The position numbers and the translations under genes were made by a program. Below, piece after piece: positions 9,432-18,884 of a stretch of 32,000 bases of DNA. Numbering within the stretch: position 1 is the stretch's first letter; every line of letters starts with the position of its first letter. This stretch comes from Acidothermus cellulolyticus 11B (lineage in GTDB: Bacteria; Actinomycetota; Actinomycetes; Acidothermales; Acidothermaceae): positions 2,310,001 through 2,342,000 of the forward strand of contig NC_008578.1 in assembly GCF_000015025.1 (NCBI RefSeq), written 5' to 3'. Below the pieces are notes generated by a model. That model searched no databases. It worked only from the letters and a program-made list of their open reading frames with translations, and had not been told where the DNA came from.

Positions 9432-10430
9432 CTAGCCCACCGCCCTCGTCAATGCACCTTCGACGTCGCGCCGAAGGGCGAATCGCTGGTAAATGAGCGC
9501 GAATACGAAGCAGATGACGAAGAGAATGACGGCCACCGCGCTGCCGTAGCCAAATTCGTACCGCCGGAATCCGTGATCAATCATGTACACCGACATGGTT
9601 GTCGACGCATTCGCCGGGCCGCCAAGCGTCATGATCCAGACGAGGTCGAAGAGCTGGAGCGAGCCAATCATGGAGAGGAAGATCCAGATTCGGATCGTCG
9701 GTCCGAGGAGCGGGAGAGTGACCCGGCGGGTGACCTGCCACGGGGTCGCGCCGTCCAGCGCAGCGGCCTCGCGCAACTCGTCGGGGATGCCCTGCAGGCC
9801 GGCGAGCAGCAGGACAATGCCGAAGCCGATGTATTTCCACGTGATGACGACAAAGAGCGTGTACAGCACCAGGTGTTGATCGGCCAACCACGGGCGGATC
9901 AGACTCTCGAGCCCGATCGCTTTGACAACCTGGTCGACGAAGCCACCCGGCTGCAGCATGAGCAGCCAGATGACCGCGGTGACCGCTTCCGAGAGGACGT
10001 ACGGCGAGAAGACCACCAGGCGGAGAAAGCCGCGCCCGAACATCCTCCGGTTGAGCAAGAGGGCGATCCCGATGCTCAACGGCAGCTGAATGAAGAGGGA
10101 CAACAATGCGATGATCACATTGTGCAGAATCGCCTTATGAAAGACGGGGTCCGATAAGGCTGTCTGGTAATTACGGATGCCGACGAAATCCGTGAGCGGG
10201 CCGAATCCCGACCAGTGATAGAGGCTGTAGTAGACGGCGACGGCGATCGGTACGAGAACAAATCCCACGAAGAGGAGAAATGCCGGGCCGAGGAGCAGGA
10301 GCAGCTCGGCGCGAACCCGCCAAGAGAGGCGGGCTCGGCGCGGCCTCATCGGGAGCCGAGCCGCCGCCACGGGAGTCGTGGCTGGGGCAGCCGTCCCGAC
10401 CGCCCCAGCCACGTTGCGTTCTGCTGTCAT
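9432..10430 (-). CDS. carbohydrate ABC transporter permease (MalF-like)
   Basis: EAA loop GIPDELREAAALDGATPWQVTRRVTLPLL. Multi-TM. Possible shorter start at MRPRRARL (10349). Confidence 0.9.
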   Translation of the reverse strand: MTAERNVAGAVGTAAPATTPVAAARLPMRPRRARLSWRVRAELLLLLGPAFLLFVGFVLVPIAVAVYYSLYHWSGFGPLTDFVGIRNYQTALSDPVFHKAILHNVIIALLSLFIQLPLSIGIALLLNRRMFGRGFLRLVVFSPYVLSEAVTAVIWLLMLQPGGFVDQVVKAIGLESLIRPWLADQHLVLYTLFVVITWKYIGFGIVLLLAGLQGIPDELREAAALDGATPWQVTRRVTLPLLGPTIRIWIFLSMIGSLQLFDLVWIMTLGGPANASTTMSVYMIDHGFRRYEFGYGSAVAVILFVICFVFALIYQRFALRRDVEGALTRAVG

Positions 10431-10453
10431 GTCGCTCCGTCAGTGCGAACTGC

Positions 10454-11863
10454 TTACTTCGACGACACCGACGCCGCCAGGCTCTCCGGACTGCCGGAAC
10501 CCGCGAAGAAGTCGGCGACCGCCGAGTCAAGCGCCTGTCCGGCATCGGTCGGCAGCGCCTGGTCGAAGTACAGCTGGTTGTACGACACCGTTCCGATGTA
10601 CTGAAGGACCGTCTTCAGCGTGGGGTCGGTGATGGCGTCGCTTGCCTCGCTGTTGGACGGCAGGCTGACGGCGCTCTGCTTCACCAGGTAGCGCTGGACA
10701 TCGGCGCTGGTGATGTACTCCAGGAACGCCGGGCAGGCGTTGGTGGCCTTGTAGGTGCAGCTGAAACCGTCGCCACCGCCGAGTCCGGCGTTCTGGTCAC
10801 CCGCACCGCCGGACACCGACGGGAAGGGGAACCAGCCGAGTTTCGACGCGAAGTTCTTGTCCTGGGTGAGCGACGGCATGACCAGGATTTCCCAGTCACC
10901 CTGCAGCTCCATTGCCGCCTTGCCGTTAGCCACCAAGCCGGCCGAGCTGCCGGCGCCTTGTTGTGCGGGCGTGCCAAGGAATCCGGTCTGGAACGGCTTG
11001 GCGTCAAGGAACTTCTTCATGTCCTGACCGGCCTTAACGAAGCAGGGGTCAGAGAATTTGACGTTGGCGATGGACGACGTCACCGTGTCCTTCGGGCATT
11101 CCCGAAGCACGAAGTACTCCCAGTAGAAGGCGTCCGGCCAACGGTCCTTGCCGCCCAGCGCGATCGGGGTGATCCCTGCCGCCTTCAGCTTGTCGATGTC
11201 TTGGTACAGCTCGTCCATCGTCTTCGGCGGCGAGGTGATGCCCGCCTTTTGGAACAGGTCCGTGCGGTACCAGAAGCCGACGATGTGGTAGTCGTACGGA
11301 ATTCCGTACCACTTGCCGTCGACCTGCCAACCCTTGGCCGACGGGCCGAGCCGGTCGACCCAGCTCGAGACACAGGCCGTCATGTCCATCAGTTTGCCGG
11401 ACTTGACCTGCGTCGCTTCGGATCCCCCGCCCCACTGCTGGTACAGAGACGGCGGATTGTTGGACTCGAGTGCGGCCGGCACCTTTGTCGTGAATTGCTC
11501 ATTTTGAATGGGCACAATGTTGAAGCTCACGTTCGGGTGCTGTGCGTGGAAATCGTCGGCCGTCTTCTGCCACGCCGCCTTCCCCGGATCGGCTGTGGCG
11601 TTGTGCCACCACGTCAGCGTGACGGAGTCGGTCGGGAACGGACAGGACGATGACGCCCCGCCGCTGCTCGACGCGCTGGCGTTCGTGCTGCTTGACCCGC
11701 CGGCGCTGGGAGACGTTCCGCTGGAGCCTCCCGTGCTCTTGCCGGAGCTGCAGGCAGCCACCGTGAGTGCGACGGCGACGGCGAGCGCGAGCCCGGCGCG
11801 CCGCCGCGCTTTCGTGCGAGTCCAACCGCCGGGGAGGCGGCGATCCTCACTGCTTGTGCTCAT
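10454..11863 (-). CDS. carbohydrate ABC transporter substrate-binding lipoprotein
   Basis: Signal/lipobox ALAVAVALTVAAC, a Ser/Gly-rich linker, then a family-1 solute-binding body. Preferred start is ATG 11863; the track ORF reaches 11920. Confidence 0.85.
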   Translation of the reverse strand: MSTSSEDRRLPGGWTRTKARRRAGLALAVAVALTVAACSSGKSTGGSSGTSPSAGGSSSTNASASSSGGASSSCPFPTDSVTLTWWHNATADPGKAAWQKTADDFHAQHPNVSFNIVPIQNEQFTTKVPAALESNNPPSLYQQWGGGSEATQVKSGKLMDMTACVSSWVDRLGPSAKGWQVDGKWYGIPYDYHIVGFWYRTDLFQKAGITSPPKTMDELYQDIDKLKAAGITPIALGGKDRWPDAFYWEYFVLRECPKDTVTSSIANVKFSDPCFVKAGQDMKKFLDAKPFQTGFLGTPAQQGAGSSAGLVANGKAAMELQGDWEILVMPSLTQDKNFASKLGWFPFPSVSGGAGDQNAGLGGGDGFSCTYKATNACPAFLEYITSADVQRYLVKQSAVSLPSNSEASDAITDPTLKTVLQYIGTVSYNQLYFDQALPTDAGQALDSAVADFFAGSGSPESLAASVSSK

Positions 11864-11926
11864 GGGCGCCCCTTCGAGGACAGACCCGCGCGGGTGCGCG
11901 GGTAGCTGGCTGATCCCCACTGCCCG

Positions 11927-11943
11927 GAAAGTTTCGGAACTTT
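11927..11943. promoter_or_regulatory. candidate operator, site 1: GAAAGTTTCGGA inside the CG-centred near-palindrome AAAGTTTCGGAACTTT
   Basis: Seen in the sequence, about 64 nt upstream of the binding-protein start. The same 12-mer recurs in inverted orientation at 12080-12091. Confidence 0.4.
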
Positions 11944-12078
11944 GACCGGGCGAGTTGCGATACTTCTACCGCTCGGCCACAAGGTAAAGCACCAACGAAC
12001 TACGGTCAACACCTTTCGAGATAGGCTGTCGAACCGTTACATTTCTGCAAGTGCGGTGGGCCGAGCGCTACTACCGGC

Positions 12079-12095
12079 GTCCGAAACTTTCGGAC
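12079..12095. promoter_or_regulatory. candidate operator, site 2: perfect 17-nt palindrome GTCCGAAACTTTCGGAC
   Basis: Seen in the sequence, 50-66 nt upstream of the GH3 GTG start. Contains the reverse complement of the site 1 12-mer. Confidence 0.4.
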
Positions 12096-12144
12096 AGCAT
12101 CCGCTGGTCGGACTGCTGCGGCGGCGAATGAAACGGAGAGAGCA

Positions 12145-14598
12145 GTGCTGCGACGTGATACGGACCAGACGTCGGCCGCGAATGGTTCTCTGCCGATCTG
12201 GCGGGACCCGACGCGTTCTCCGCGGGAGCGGGTTGCGGATTTGCTGGCCAAGATGACGCTCGAGGAAAAGATCGCCCAGTTGTACGGCGTCTGGGTGGGA
12301 GCGGACGCGTCCGGCGACGGCGTGGCGCCGCACCAACACGACATGAGCAACCCGGACCTTGACTGGCACGCGCTGATTTCGCGAGGCATCGGACAGTTGA
12401 CCCGTCCCTTTGGTACGGCGCCGGTGGATCCTGCCCTCGGCGCACGTGCGCTGGCGCGAACTCAGGCGGAAATCGTCGCCGCCAATCGTCACGGCGTCCC
12501 GGCACTGGTGCACGAAGAGTGCCTCACGGGTTTCATGACGTGGGGCGCCACCACATACCCCACGCCGTTGGCCTGGGGGGCGAGTTTCGACCCGGCGCTC
12601 GTCGAGGAAATGGGCCGCCAGATCGGCACTGCCATGCGGCGCATGGGTGTGCACCAAGGACTCGCCCCGGTTCTCGACGTCGTCCGCGATTACCGCTGGG
12701 GCCGGGTGGAGGAGACCATCGGTGAGGACCCTTACCTCGTGGGCACGATCGGATCCGCGTACGTGAAGGGGCTCGAATCCGCCGGAATTGTCGCGACCCT
12801 CAAACACTTCGTCGCATATTCCGGTTCGCGGGCGGGCCGCAATTTCGCACCCGTGGCGACGGGACCGCGCGAACTCGCGGATGTTTTTTTGTTGCCTTTT
12901 GAAATGGCGCTCCGCCTAGGCGGCGCGCGCTCCGTCATGCATTCGTACAACGAAATCGACGGCGTACCCGTCGCAGCAAATGCGGATCTGCTCACCAACC
13001 TTCTTCGCGACCAATGGGATTTTCACGGCACGGTCGTCTCGGACTACTTCGGCATCGCTTTCCTGCGTCGCCTGCACCAGGTCGCGGAAGATGACACCGG
13101 TGCCGCTGTTCTTGCCCTCACGGCCGGCATCGACGTCGAACTTCCCACCGTGCACTGCTATGGAGAGCCGTTGACCCAAGCGGTTCGAGCCGGCCTGGTC
13201 TCCGAGGAGCTCATTGACCGCGCAGTCTGCCGGGTACTCGAGCAGAAGTGCGAGCTTGGCCTGCTCGACCCGGATTGGACACCGGAGCCGGCGGCTGTCC
13301 GCGAACTTGGCCACCATGCCGAGACCGACGCCGATGACGCCCGCGGCACGATCAACCTTGACCCCCCGGAATCCCGCGCCCTCGCCCGGCGCCTGGCGGA
13401 GGAATCCGTCGTGCTGCTCGCCAACACCGGTGTGCTGCCCATCAGCAACGTACGACGGATGGCTGTCGTCGGCCCGCTGGCTGACGACCCAGCGGCGATG
13501 CTCGGTTGCTACACCTTCGAGAGTCACGTCCGTTCCGCCCATCCGCAGGTGCCGCCCGGAATCGACATTCCGTCCGTTCTCGAGGCCCTGCGGGCCGAAT
13601 TCCCGGAGACCAAAATCGAGCACGCCCGAGGCTGCGACGTCCGCAATGACGACCGATCCGGCTTCCCGGAGGCCGTGGCCCTTGCGGAGAGCGCAGACCT
13701 CTGCGTGATTGTCGTCGGCGATCGGTCCGGGCTCTTCGGTCGAGGAACCTCCGGGGAAGGCTCCGACGTCCCGGACCTGCGGCTACCCGGCGTGCAGGAA
13801 GAATTCATCCACCGGATCTGTGATGCCGGCACACCGGCGGTCCTCGTTCTCCTCACCGGACGGCCGTACGCTCTCGGCGGGTTGGCCGATCGGGTTCAGG
13901 CGATCGTGCAAGCGTTCTTCCCCGGTGAGGAAGGAGGATCGGCGATTGCCGGCATCCTCTCCGGCCGGGTCAGCCCGTCCGGTCGCCTTCCGGTGAGCAT
14001 CCCGCGGCACCCCGGTGGCCAGCCGGGTACCTACCTCACGCCGCGGCTCGGTCAGCGATCGGACGTGAGCAGTGTCGACCCGACGCCGCTCTGGCCGTTC
14101 GGTTACGGCCTGTCCTACACGTCATTTGCCTGGGACGACGTCCGGTTGGACGGCGTGCCGATCAATGAGCCCGTGGAGACGCCGGTTGACAGCGTCGTCG
14201 AGCTCTCCCTGCGGGTGACGAACACCGGTCACCGGCTCGGCACCGACGTCGTCCAGCTCTATCTTCACGATCCGATCGCCCAAGTGACCCGGCCGACGGT
14301 TCAGCTCATTGGGTATGCCCGAGTCACCGTCGCTGCAGGGGAGAGCCGCCGGGTCACATTCCGCATCCCGACCGACGTCTTCGGATTCACCGGGCGCGAC
14401 GGGCACCGGATCGTCGAGCCCGGTGAGATTGAACTGCGCCTGTCGGAATCCAGCAATTGCCCGCGCTTCTCGGTCCCGGTCCGCCTTGTCGGTGAGGTAC
14501 GGCGTCTCGGTCCCGACCGTGCGTTGGTAACGACGGCGCAGGTGAGCGAACCCGTTGCCGCCGCCGGACAACACCAGGGCGAGGGACTAGCCGAATAA
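12145..14598 (+). CDS. glycoside hydrolase family 3 (beta-glucosidase / beta-xylosidase type) with C-terminal Fn3-like domain
   Basis: 817 aa. GH3 hallmarks: LEEKIAQL, RWGRVEETIGEDPYL, KHFVAYS, and SVMHSYNEIDGVPV...GTVVSDY with the nucleophile Asp. GTG start at 12145 after GGAGAG. Confidence 0.9.
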   Translation: MLRRDTDQTSAANGSLPIWRDPTRSPRERVADLLAKMTLEEKIAQLYGVWVGADASGDGVAPHQHDMSNPDLDWHALISRGIGQLTRPFGTAPVDPALGARALARTQAEIVAANRHGVPALVHEECLTGFMTWGATTYPTPLAWGASFDPALVEEMGRQIGTAMRRMGVHQGLAPVLDVVRDYRWGRVEETIGEDPYLVGTIGSAYVKGLESAGIVATLKHFVAYSGSRAGRNFAPVATGPRELADVFLLPFEMALRLGGARSVMHSYNEIDGVPVAANADLLTNLLRDQWDFHGTVVSDYFGIAFLRRLHQVAEDDTGAAVLALTAGIDVELPTVHCYGEPLTQAVRAGLVSEELIDRAVCRVLEQKCELGLLDPDWTPEPAAVRELGHHAETDADDARGTINLDPPESRALARRLAEESVVLLANTGVLPISNVRRMAVVGPLADDPAAMLGCYTFESHVRSAHPQVPPGIDIPSVLEALRAEFPETKIEHARGCDVRNDDRSGFPEAVALAESADLCVIVVGDRSGLFGRGTSGEGSDVPDLRLPGVQEEFIHRICDAGTPAVLVLLTGRPYALGGLADRVQAIVQAFFPGEEGGSAIAGILSGRVSPSGRLPVSIPRHPGGQPGTYLTPRLGQRSDVSSVDPTPLWPFGYGLSYTSFAWDDVRLDGVPINEPVETPVDSVVELSLRVTNTGHRLGTDVVQLYLHDPIAQVTRPTVQLIGYARVTVAAGESRRVTFRIPTDVFGFTGRDGHRIVEPGEIELRLSESSNCPRFSVPVRLVGEVRRLGPDRALVTTAQVSEPVAAAGQHQGEGLAE

Positions 14599-14742
14599 CA
14601 GGCCGCCGACACCCACGAATGACGCGGGGGGCGTCCGCTGCCGTTCGCCTAGAAACGTTTCGAATTTCGCGTCCACACTTAGTGGTCCTCGATGGGGCAC
14701 CGATAACGTGCCCAGAACATCCGACCACCGAGGGAGTGACGC

Positions 14743-16218
14743 ATGGCGGAAGCTGCGCAGACCCGAGTCCGCGATTGGCTGGCGGCCGTGGTCTCGCCGC
14801 GGAGCCGGCGGGACGCGCGCGCTCTCCAGGGTTACCTGCGACGAATCGCCTCCGGTGACCTCGTATCGTCGCCGCCCGTAATGCGTACCCGGTGGGCGCA
14901 CGAGATCTTGACCGGTATCGACGAACTTCGTGGCCAGTGGTCTGCGCACCTCAACACGGACCGGCGGATCGTCCGCGGGCTGGCCACCGAATGGCGGCGG
15001 ATGAACGACGTGGCCTGGGAGATGATGTCGGCGTCCGAAAATACCGTCCGTGACGTGGCGGACGCCGCAGCGTCAGCAACCGAGCTCTCCGAACGGATTA
15101 CGGTCATCGCACACGGAGTGGAAGAAACCGCGGCAACAATTCGGAGCATCGCCGACCACGCATCGCAAACGTCGACGGTCTCCTCGCACGGCGCCAAGAA
15201 GGCGGAAATCGCCCGAGAATGCTTTGAAACCCTGCGTGCCGCCACGCAACGGGTGGAAGACATTGTCAAACTGATCGTCCGCATCGCGTCCCAGACGCAA
15301 TTGCTCGCCCTCAACGCGTCGATTGAAGCGGCGCGAGCCGGTGAGCTGGGGCGCGGCTTCGCGGTCGTCGCCGGCGAAGTGAAGCAGTTGGCCGAGGCAA
15401 CCGGGCGGGCCACCGACGATGTGATCGCTACCATGCGGGACATCGAAACCGGCTCGGCAGCCGCCGCGGACGCGGTCCGAGACGTCACCGTCACGATTGA
15501 TCAGGTGGACGCCGGACAGGCGGCCATCGCCGCGGCGGTCGTCCAGCAGACGGCGACAACAAGTTCGATCGGGGACAGCGCGTCGGCCGCAGCCGAACGC
15601 GCGACCGTTCTCGCCGAGCACGTCAAGGCGCTCACGCACGCGGTCCGGCTCTCCGCTTACGCCGGTGCTCAGGCCCGCACGGTCGCCGCGGAAGTGGCGC
15701 ACGCCGAGCAGGCACTGAACGACGCATTGGCGCGGTGGACCTTCGCCGAGATGCCCGACGATGACGTCGGGGAACCCGCGGCCGGCTTGGACCCGGATTC
15801 CGGTGTCACGAAAGAGAACGGCGTCATCACCATCCAGAATTATGCGATCGGCGAAGGCTTGCATCGCTTTTCATACCGCGGGCGATGGGGACACGCGACA
15901 GCGAATATCGAGGCGGAAGGCACGAATTCCCATTCGAGCATGCCCGGCGACACGGCGACCCTGCGCTTTTCGGGACGGCAAATCCGGTTCTACGGCGTCC
16001 TCGCACCGAACCACGGTCTGGCCAGCGTCCGCGTCGACGACCAGCCGGAGACGATTATCGATCAGTACGCCGAGCAACGGGTGCACGGGGCCTTGCAGTG
16101 GGAGAGTCCGCTGCTGCCGCCGGGTGAGCACACGTTCACGCTCACGGTTCTCGGTGAGGCGAATCCCAAGTCCCGCTACGTCTGGGTCAACATCGACCGG
16201 GTCGAGGTCGTCGAATAA
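14743..16218 (+). CDS. soluble methyl-accepting-chemotaxis-protein signalling-domain protein with C-terminal beta-sandwich (CBM-like) domain
   Basis: Canonical MCP hairpin-tip motif [38 protein letters not shown]. No hydrophobic TM segment. The last ~135 aa ([29 protein letters not shown]...[10 protein letters not shown]...[12 protein letters not shown]) look like a jelly-roll carbohydrate-binding-type module. Confidence 0.8.
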   Translation: MAEAAQTRVRDWLAAVVSPRSRRDARALQGYLRRIASGDLVSSPPVMRTRWAHEILTGIDELRGQWSAHLNTDRRIVRGLATEWRRMNDVAWEMMSASENTVRDVADAAASATELSERITVIAHGVEETAATIRSIADHASQTSTVSSHGAKKAEIARECFETLRAATQRVEDIVKLIVRIASQTQLLALNASIEAARAGELGRGFAVVAGEVKQLAEATGRATDDVIATMRDIETGSAAAADAVRDVTVTIDQVDAGQAAIAAAVVQQTATTSSIGDSASAAAERATVLAEHVKALTHAVRLSAYAGAQARTVAAEVAHAEQALNDALARWTFAEMPDDDVGEPAAGLDPDSGVTKENGVITIQNYAIGEGLHRFSYRGRWGHATANIEAEGTNSHSSMPGDTATLRFSGRQIRFYGVLAPNHGLASVRVDDQPETIIDQYAEQRVHGALQWESPLLPPGEHTFTLTVLGEANPKSRYVWVNIDRVEVVE

Positions 16219-16257
16219 GGCCCGACCGGGCGGACAACTCTCCGCTAAGGTGACGGT

Positions 16258-17553
16258 GTGGTCGTCAGCACCGCACCTGGTCGCATCGCGCTGATCGGAT
16301 CGGGAGAAACGACGCCGACGATGGTGGGCGTCCACCGCGAGATCTTCGCCCTGACGCCGCCGGGTGACGCGGTGCTGGTGGACACCACGTTCGGATTCCA
16401 ACTCAACGCGGACGAACTCGTCGCTCGTACGCAACACTATTTCGCGGAGAGCCTCGGCCGCCGTGTCGATGCGGTGTCATGGCGGCGCGCGGACGCCGCC
16501 GCGTCGACGTTGGACCGTGCTCTCGCAAGGATCTCTACGGCTACGTGGGTTTTCGCCGGTCCGGGAAGCCCAAGTTACGCCCTGCGCCAGTGGCGCGACA
16601 CGCCCATGGTCGGTGCGCTCGGCAGCGTCATCCGACGGGGCGGCACGCTCGTGTTGGGCAGCGCGGCTGCCATAACCGTCGGAAAGTACGCAGTTCCGGT
16701 TTACGAGGTGTACAAGGCGGGTTTCGATCCTTATTGGGACGAGGGTCTCGACCTGCTGGGTACATTCCTCGACCTTGAGCTTGCCGTCATTCCGCATTTT
16801 GACAACGCCGAAGGGGGCACGCACGACACCCGCTACTGCTATCTCGGCGAACCGCGGTTGGCCGCGCTCGAACGGGAACTGCCGGATGGGTCGGGGATTC
16901 TGGGCATTGACGAACACACCGCCGTCATCATCGACGTGGCCGAGCAGACTGTACGCGTGACCGGTAACCGGACGATGACCCTTCGAGCGCGCGGTCGGTC
17001 GCGGATTTTCCCGGCCGGTTCGTGCCTGCAGGTAAGCGACGTGCGAGCGTGGTTCGCAGGCGAGGCGACGGTCGGGTCGGGCTTCCCCGAACCGGCAACC
17101 GGGGCAGCACCGCCGCCGACAACCGGCGCGGTGCCGGTCTTAGCAGGTGACGCGCCCGTGCTGTCCCTGCACGAGGCGACCCTCCGCGCACGGACCCGCT
17201 TCGACGCCGCCGCAGCGGACCGTGACGCAGCAACGATGGTCGACGCGATCCTTGGTCTGGAACAGGCCATTCAGGACTGGAGTGCGGACACTTTACAGAG
17301 CAGCGACCGTGACGAAGCACGGCGCGAACTCCGGTCGCTCATCGTCCGGCTCGGCGAATTCGCCCAAGCAGGGGCACTCGACACGTCCGACCTGGTCGCC
17401 CCATTCGTCACCGCGCTCCTCGACGTCCGGTCACAGGCACGCAGCCGCGGTGATTACCAAACGGCAGACGACATTCGTGACCGGCTCATCCGGGCCGGTG
17501 TCGAAGTGCGGGACACACCGGACGGCGTCCGGTGGCTTCTCCCGGAAAAATAG
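16258..17553 (+). CDS. fusion protein: class-I glutamine-amidotransferase / peptidase-S51-like N-domain plus cysteinyl-tRNA-synthetase-like C-terminal region
   Basis: The N-terminal assignment (RIALIGSGETTP...WVFAGPGSPSYAL...GTLVLGSAAA...IPHFDNAEGG) is from memory only. The C-terminus GDYQTADDIRDRLIRAGVEVRDTPDGVRWLL closely resembles the extreme C-terminus of bacterial CysRS. Confidence 0.65.
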   Translation: MVVSTAPGRIALIGSGETTPTMVGVHREIFALTPPGDAVLVDTTFGFQLNADELVARTQHYFAESLGRRVDAVSWRRADAAASTLDRALARISTATWVFAGPGSPSYALRQWRDTPMVGALGSVIRRGGTLVLGSAAAITVGKYAVPVYEVYKAGFDPYWDEGLDLLGTFLDLELAVIPHFDNAEGGTHDTRYCYLGEPRLAALERELPDGSGILGIDEHTAVIIDVAEQTVRVTGNRTMTLRARGRSRIFPAGSCLQVSDVRAWFAGEATVGSGFPEPATGAAPPPTTGAVPVLAGDAPVLSLHEATLRARTRFDAAAADRDAATMVDAILGLEQAIQDWSADTLQSSDRDEARRELRSLIVRLGEFAQAGALDTSDLVAPFVTALLDVRSQARSRGDYQTADDIRDRLIRAGVEVRDTPDGVRWLLPEK

Positions 17554-17629
17554 CTCGTTCCGAGCGACGCCGTTCGCTGGTCGCACCGTGCGGCTTCTCG
17601 ACTTCTGTTGGCGACTGCGGGCGGTGGGG

Positions 17630-18115
17630 TCAGCCGGCCTCGAGACGTCGTATCTCAACCGCATCGGGGGTAAAGGCAAGCGTGAGGTGGAACCCCTCGA
17701 CGTGTAAGGCACATTCATAGTGGCCAGGGATCCGCCACGACACCCGGGCGGATCGGATTTCCCGGCCGGTCAATGTCTCGAGCGCCTTGTTGACGGTCCG
17801 GACCTGCTCGTCGTACCGGCGTCCCAGCGGCAACCGGTGCATCACGCTACCGAGGAGCAGTTCGACATCCGGACCGAGGCGGCGGGCATGCCCGGTCTCC
17901 AAGGCCAACCGGCAGGTACGTTCGACCGCGTCGACATCGTCGGCCGGAATGGTCCCGGCGGCAACGTCCTGAGCGAGCCGGGCATAATCGGCCCGTCGAT
18001 CGTCAGGCAGTGCAGCGGCGAACGCCTTCAGGGCGGCTGCCACGGCACGAGCCTCGTCCTCCGAAACCGTGACGGGAATCGGATCCAACGGCGGCGCGTC
18101 CTGCTCCGATGTCAT
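17630..18115 (-). CDS. hypothetical protein, translationally coupled to cysH
   Basis: 161 aa from the ATG at 18115, which overlaps the cysH TGA (ATGA at 18112-18115). High GC3. No family recognised. The 5' 31 codons of the track ORF are rejected. Confidence 0.6.
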   Translation of the reverse strand: MTSEQDAPPLDPIPVTVSEDEARAVAAALKAFAAALPDDRRADYARLAQDVAAGTIPADDVDAVERTCRLALETGHARRLGPDVELLLGSVMHRLPLGRRYDEQVRTVNKALETLTGREIRSARVSWRIPGHYECALHVEGFHLTLAFTPDAVEIRRLEAG

Positions 18116-18882
18116 GTAACGATGAGTTCCTTGGCCTCGTGTTCGAACGTGCCGGTCTCGATCGGGCAGTGAATGCCGCATTCCTTCGGAGCGCCCTGCT
18201 CCCACCACCAGCGCCCGGCGCGGTCGTCTTCACCGGGCTGAATAGGACGGGTGCACGGGGCACACCCGATGCTCGTGTACCCCTGCTCGTAGAGGGGGTG
18301 AATCGGGACGTCGTTGCTCCGGGCGTACTCCCAGACCTCGTCATTGGTCCAGTCGGCAAGTGCGTTGACTTTGACGATCCCGCCGTGGTCGTGGTCGAGT
18401 TCCACTTTCTTGATGGCGGCCCGAGACGCCCACTGGTCACGGCGCAGACCGGTGAACCAGCCGTCCAAGTCGCGCAATTTCTTAACCAGCGGGCGCACCT
18501 TGCGGACCTGGCAGCAGAACATCCGCTGCGATACGCTCCGCCGAAAGAGATCCATGCCCTGAGCGCTCACCATCTCGCTGACTTCGGTTGCGTCGGGAAA
18601 CAGAATTTCCCACCGTGTCTGCGGATACCGCTCCCGCACCTCGTCAATGAAGGCGTACGTCTCCTGCGGCAGACGGCCGGTGTCGACGGTGATGACCCGG
18701 ACGTCGGGACGGAGTTTCGCCGCCATGTCAAGGACGACCATGCCGTCGATCTGCAGCGCGGTCACCACGGCGATGCGATCGCCGAGTTCTTCCAACGCCC
18801 AGGCGATAACGTCCTGCGGTTCCTGATCGTCGAGTTGAACCGCGATCTCACCGATTTCCAAGTCGTCAAAGACGCGTCCCAT
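18112..18882 (-). CDS. cysH: adenosine 5'-phosphosulfate (APS) reductase, Fe-S type
   Basis: PAPS-reductase fold with the Cys pair CC (MFCCQVRKV), CxxC (GCAPCT) and the catalytic KECGIH motif, as in actinobacterial APS reductases. Confidence 0.9.
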   Translation of the reverse strand: MGRVFDDLEIGEIAVQLDDQEPQDVIAWALEELGDRIAVVTALQIDGMVVLDMAAKLRPDVRVITVDTGRLPQETYAFIDEVRERYPQTRWEILFPDATEVSEMVSAQGMDLFRRSVSQRMFCCQVRKVRPLVKKLRDLDGWFTGLRRDQWASRAAIKKVELDHDHGGIVKVNALADWTNDEVWEYARSNDVPIHPLYEQGYTSIGCAPCTRPIQPGEDDRAGRWWWEQGAPKECGIHCPIETGTFEHEAKELIVT

Positions 18883-18884
18883 GG

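Noticed and set aside
14743-16218. Chemotaxis operon
   Set aside because: Only the MCP-domain protein is present. No cheA, cheW, cheY, cheR or cheB-like ORF is present in this window, so no claim is made about a chemotaxis system.
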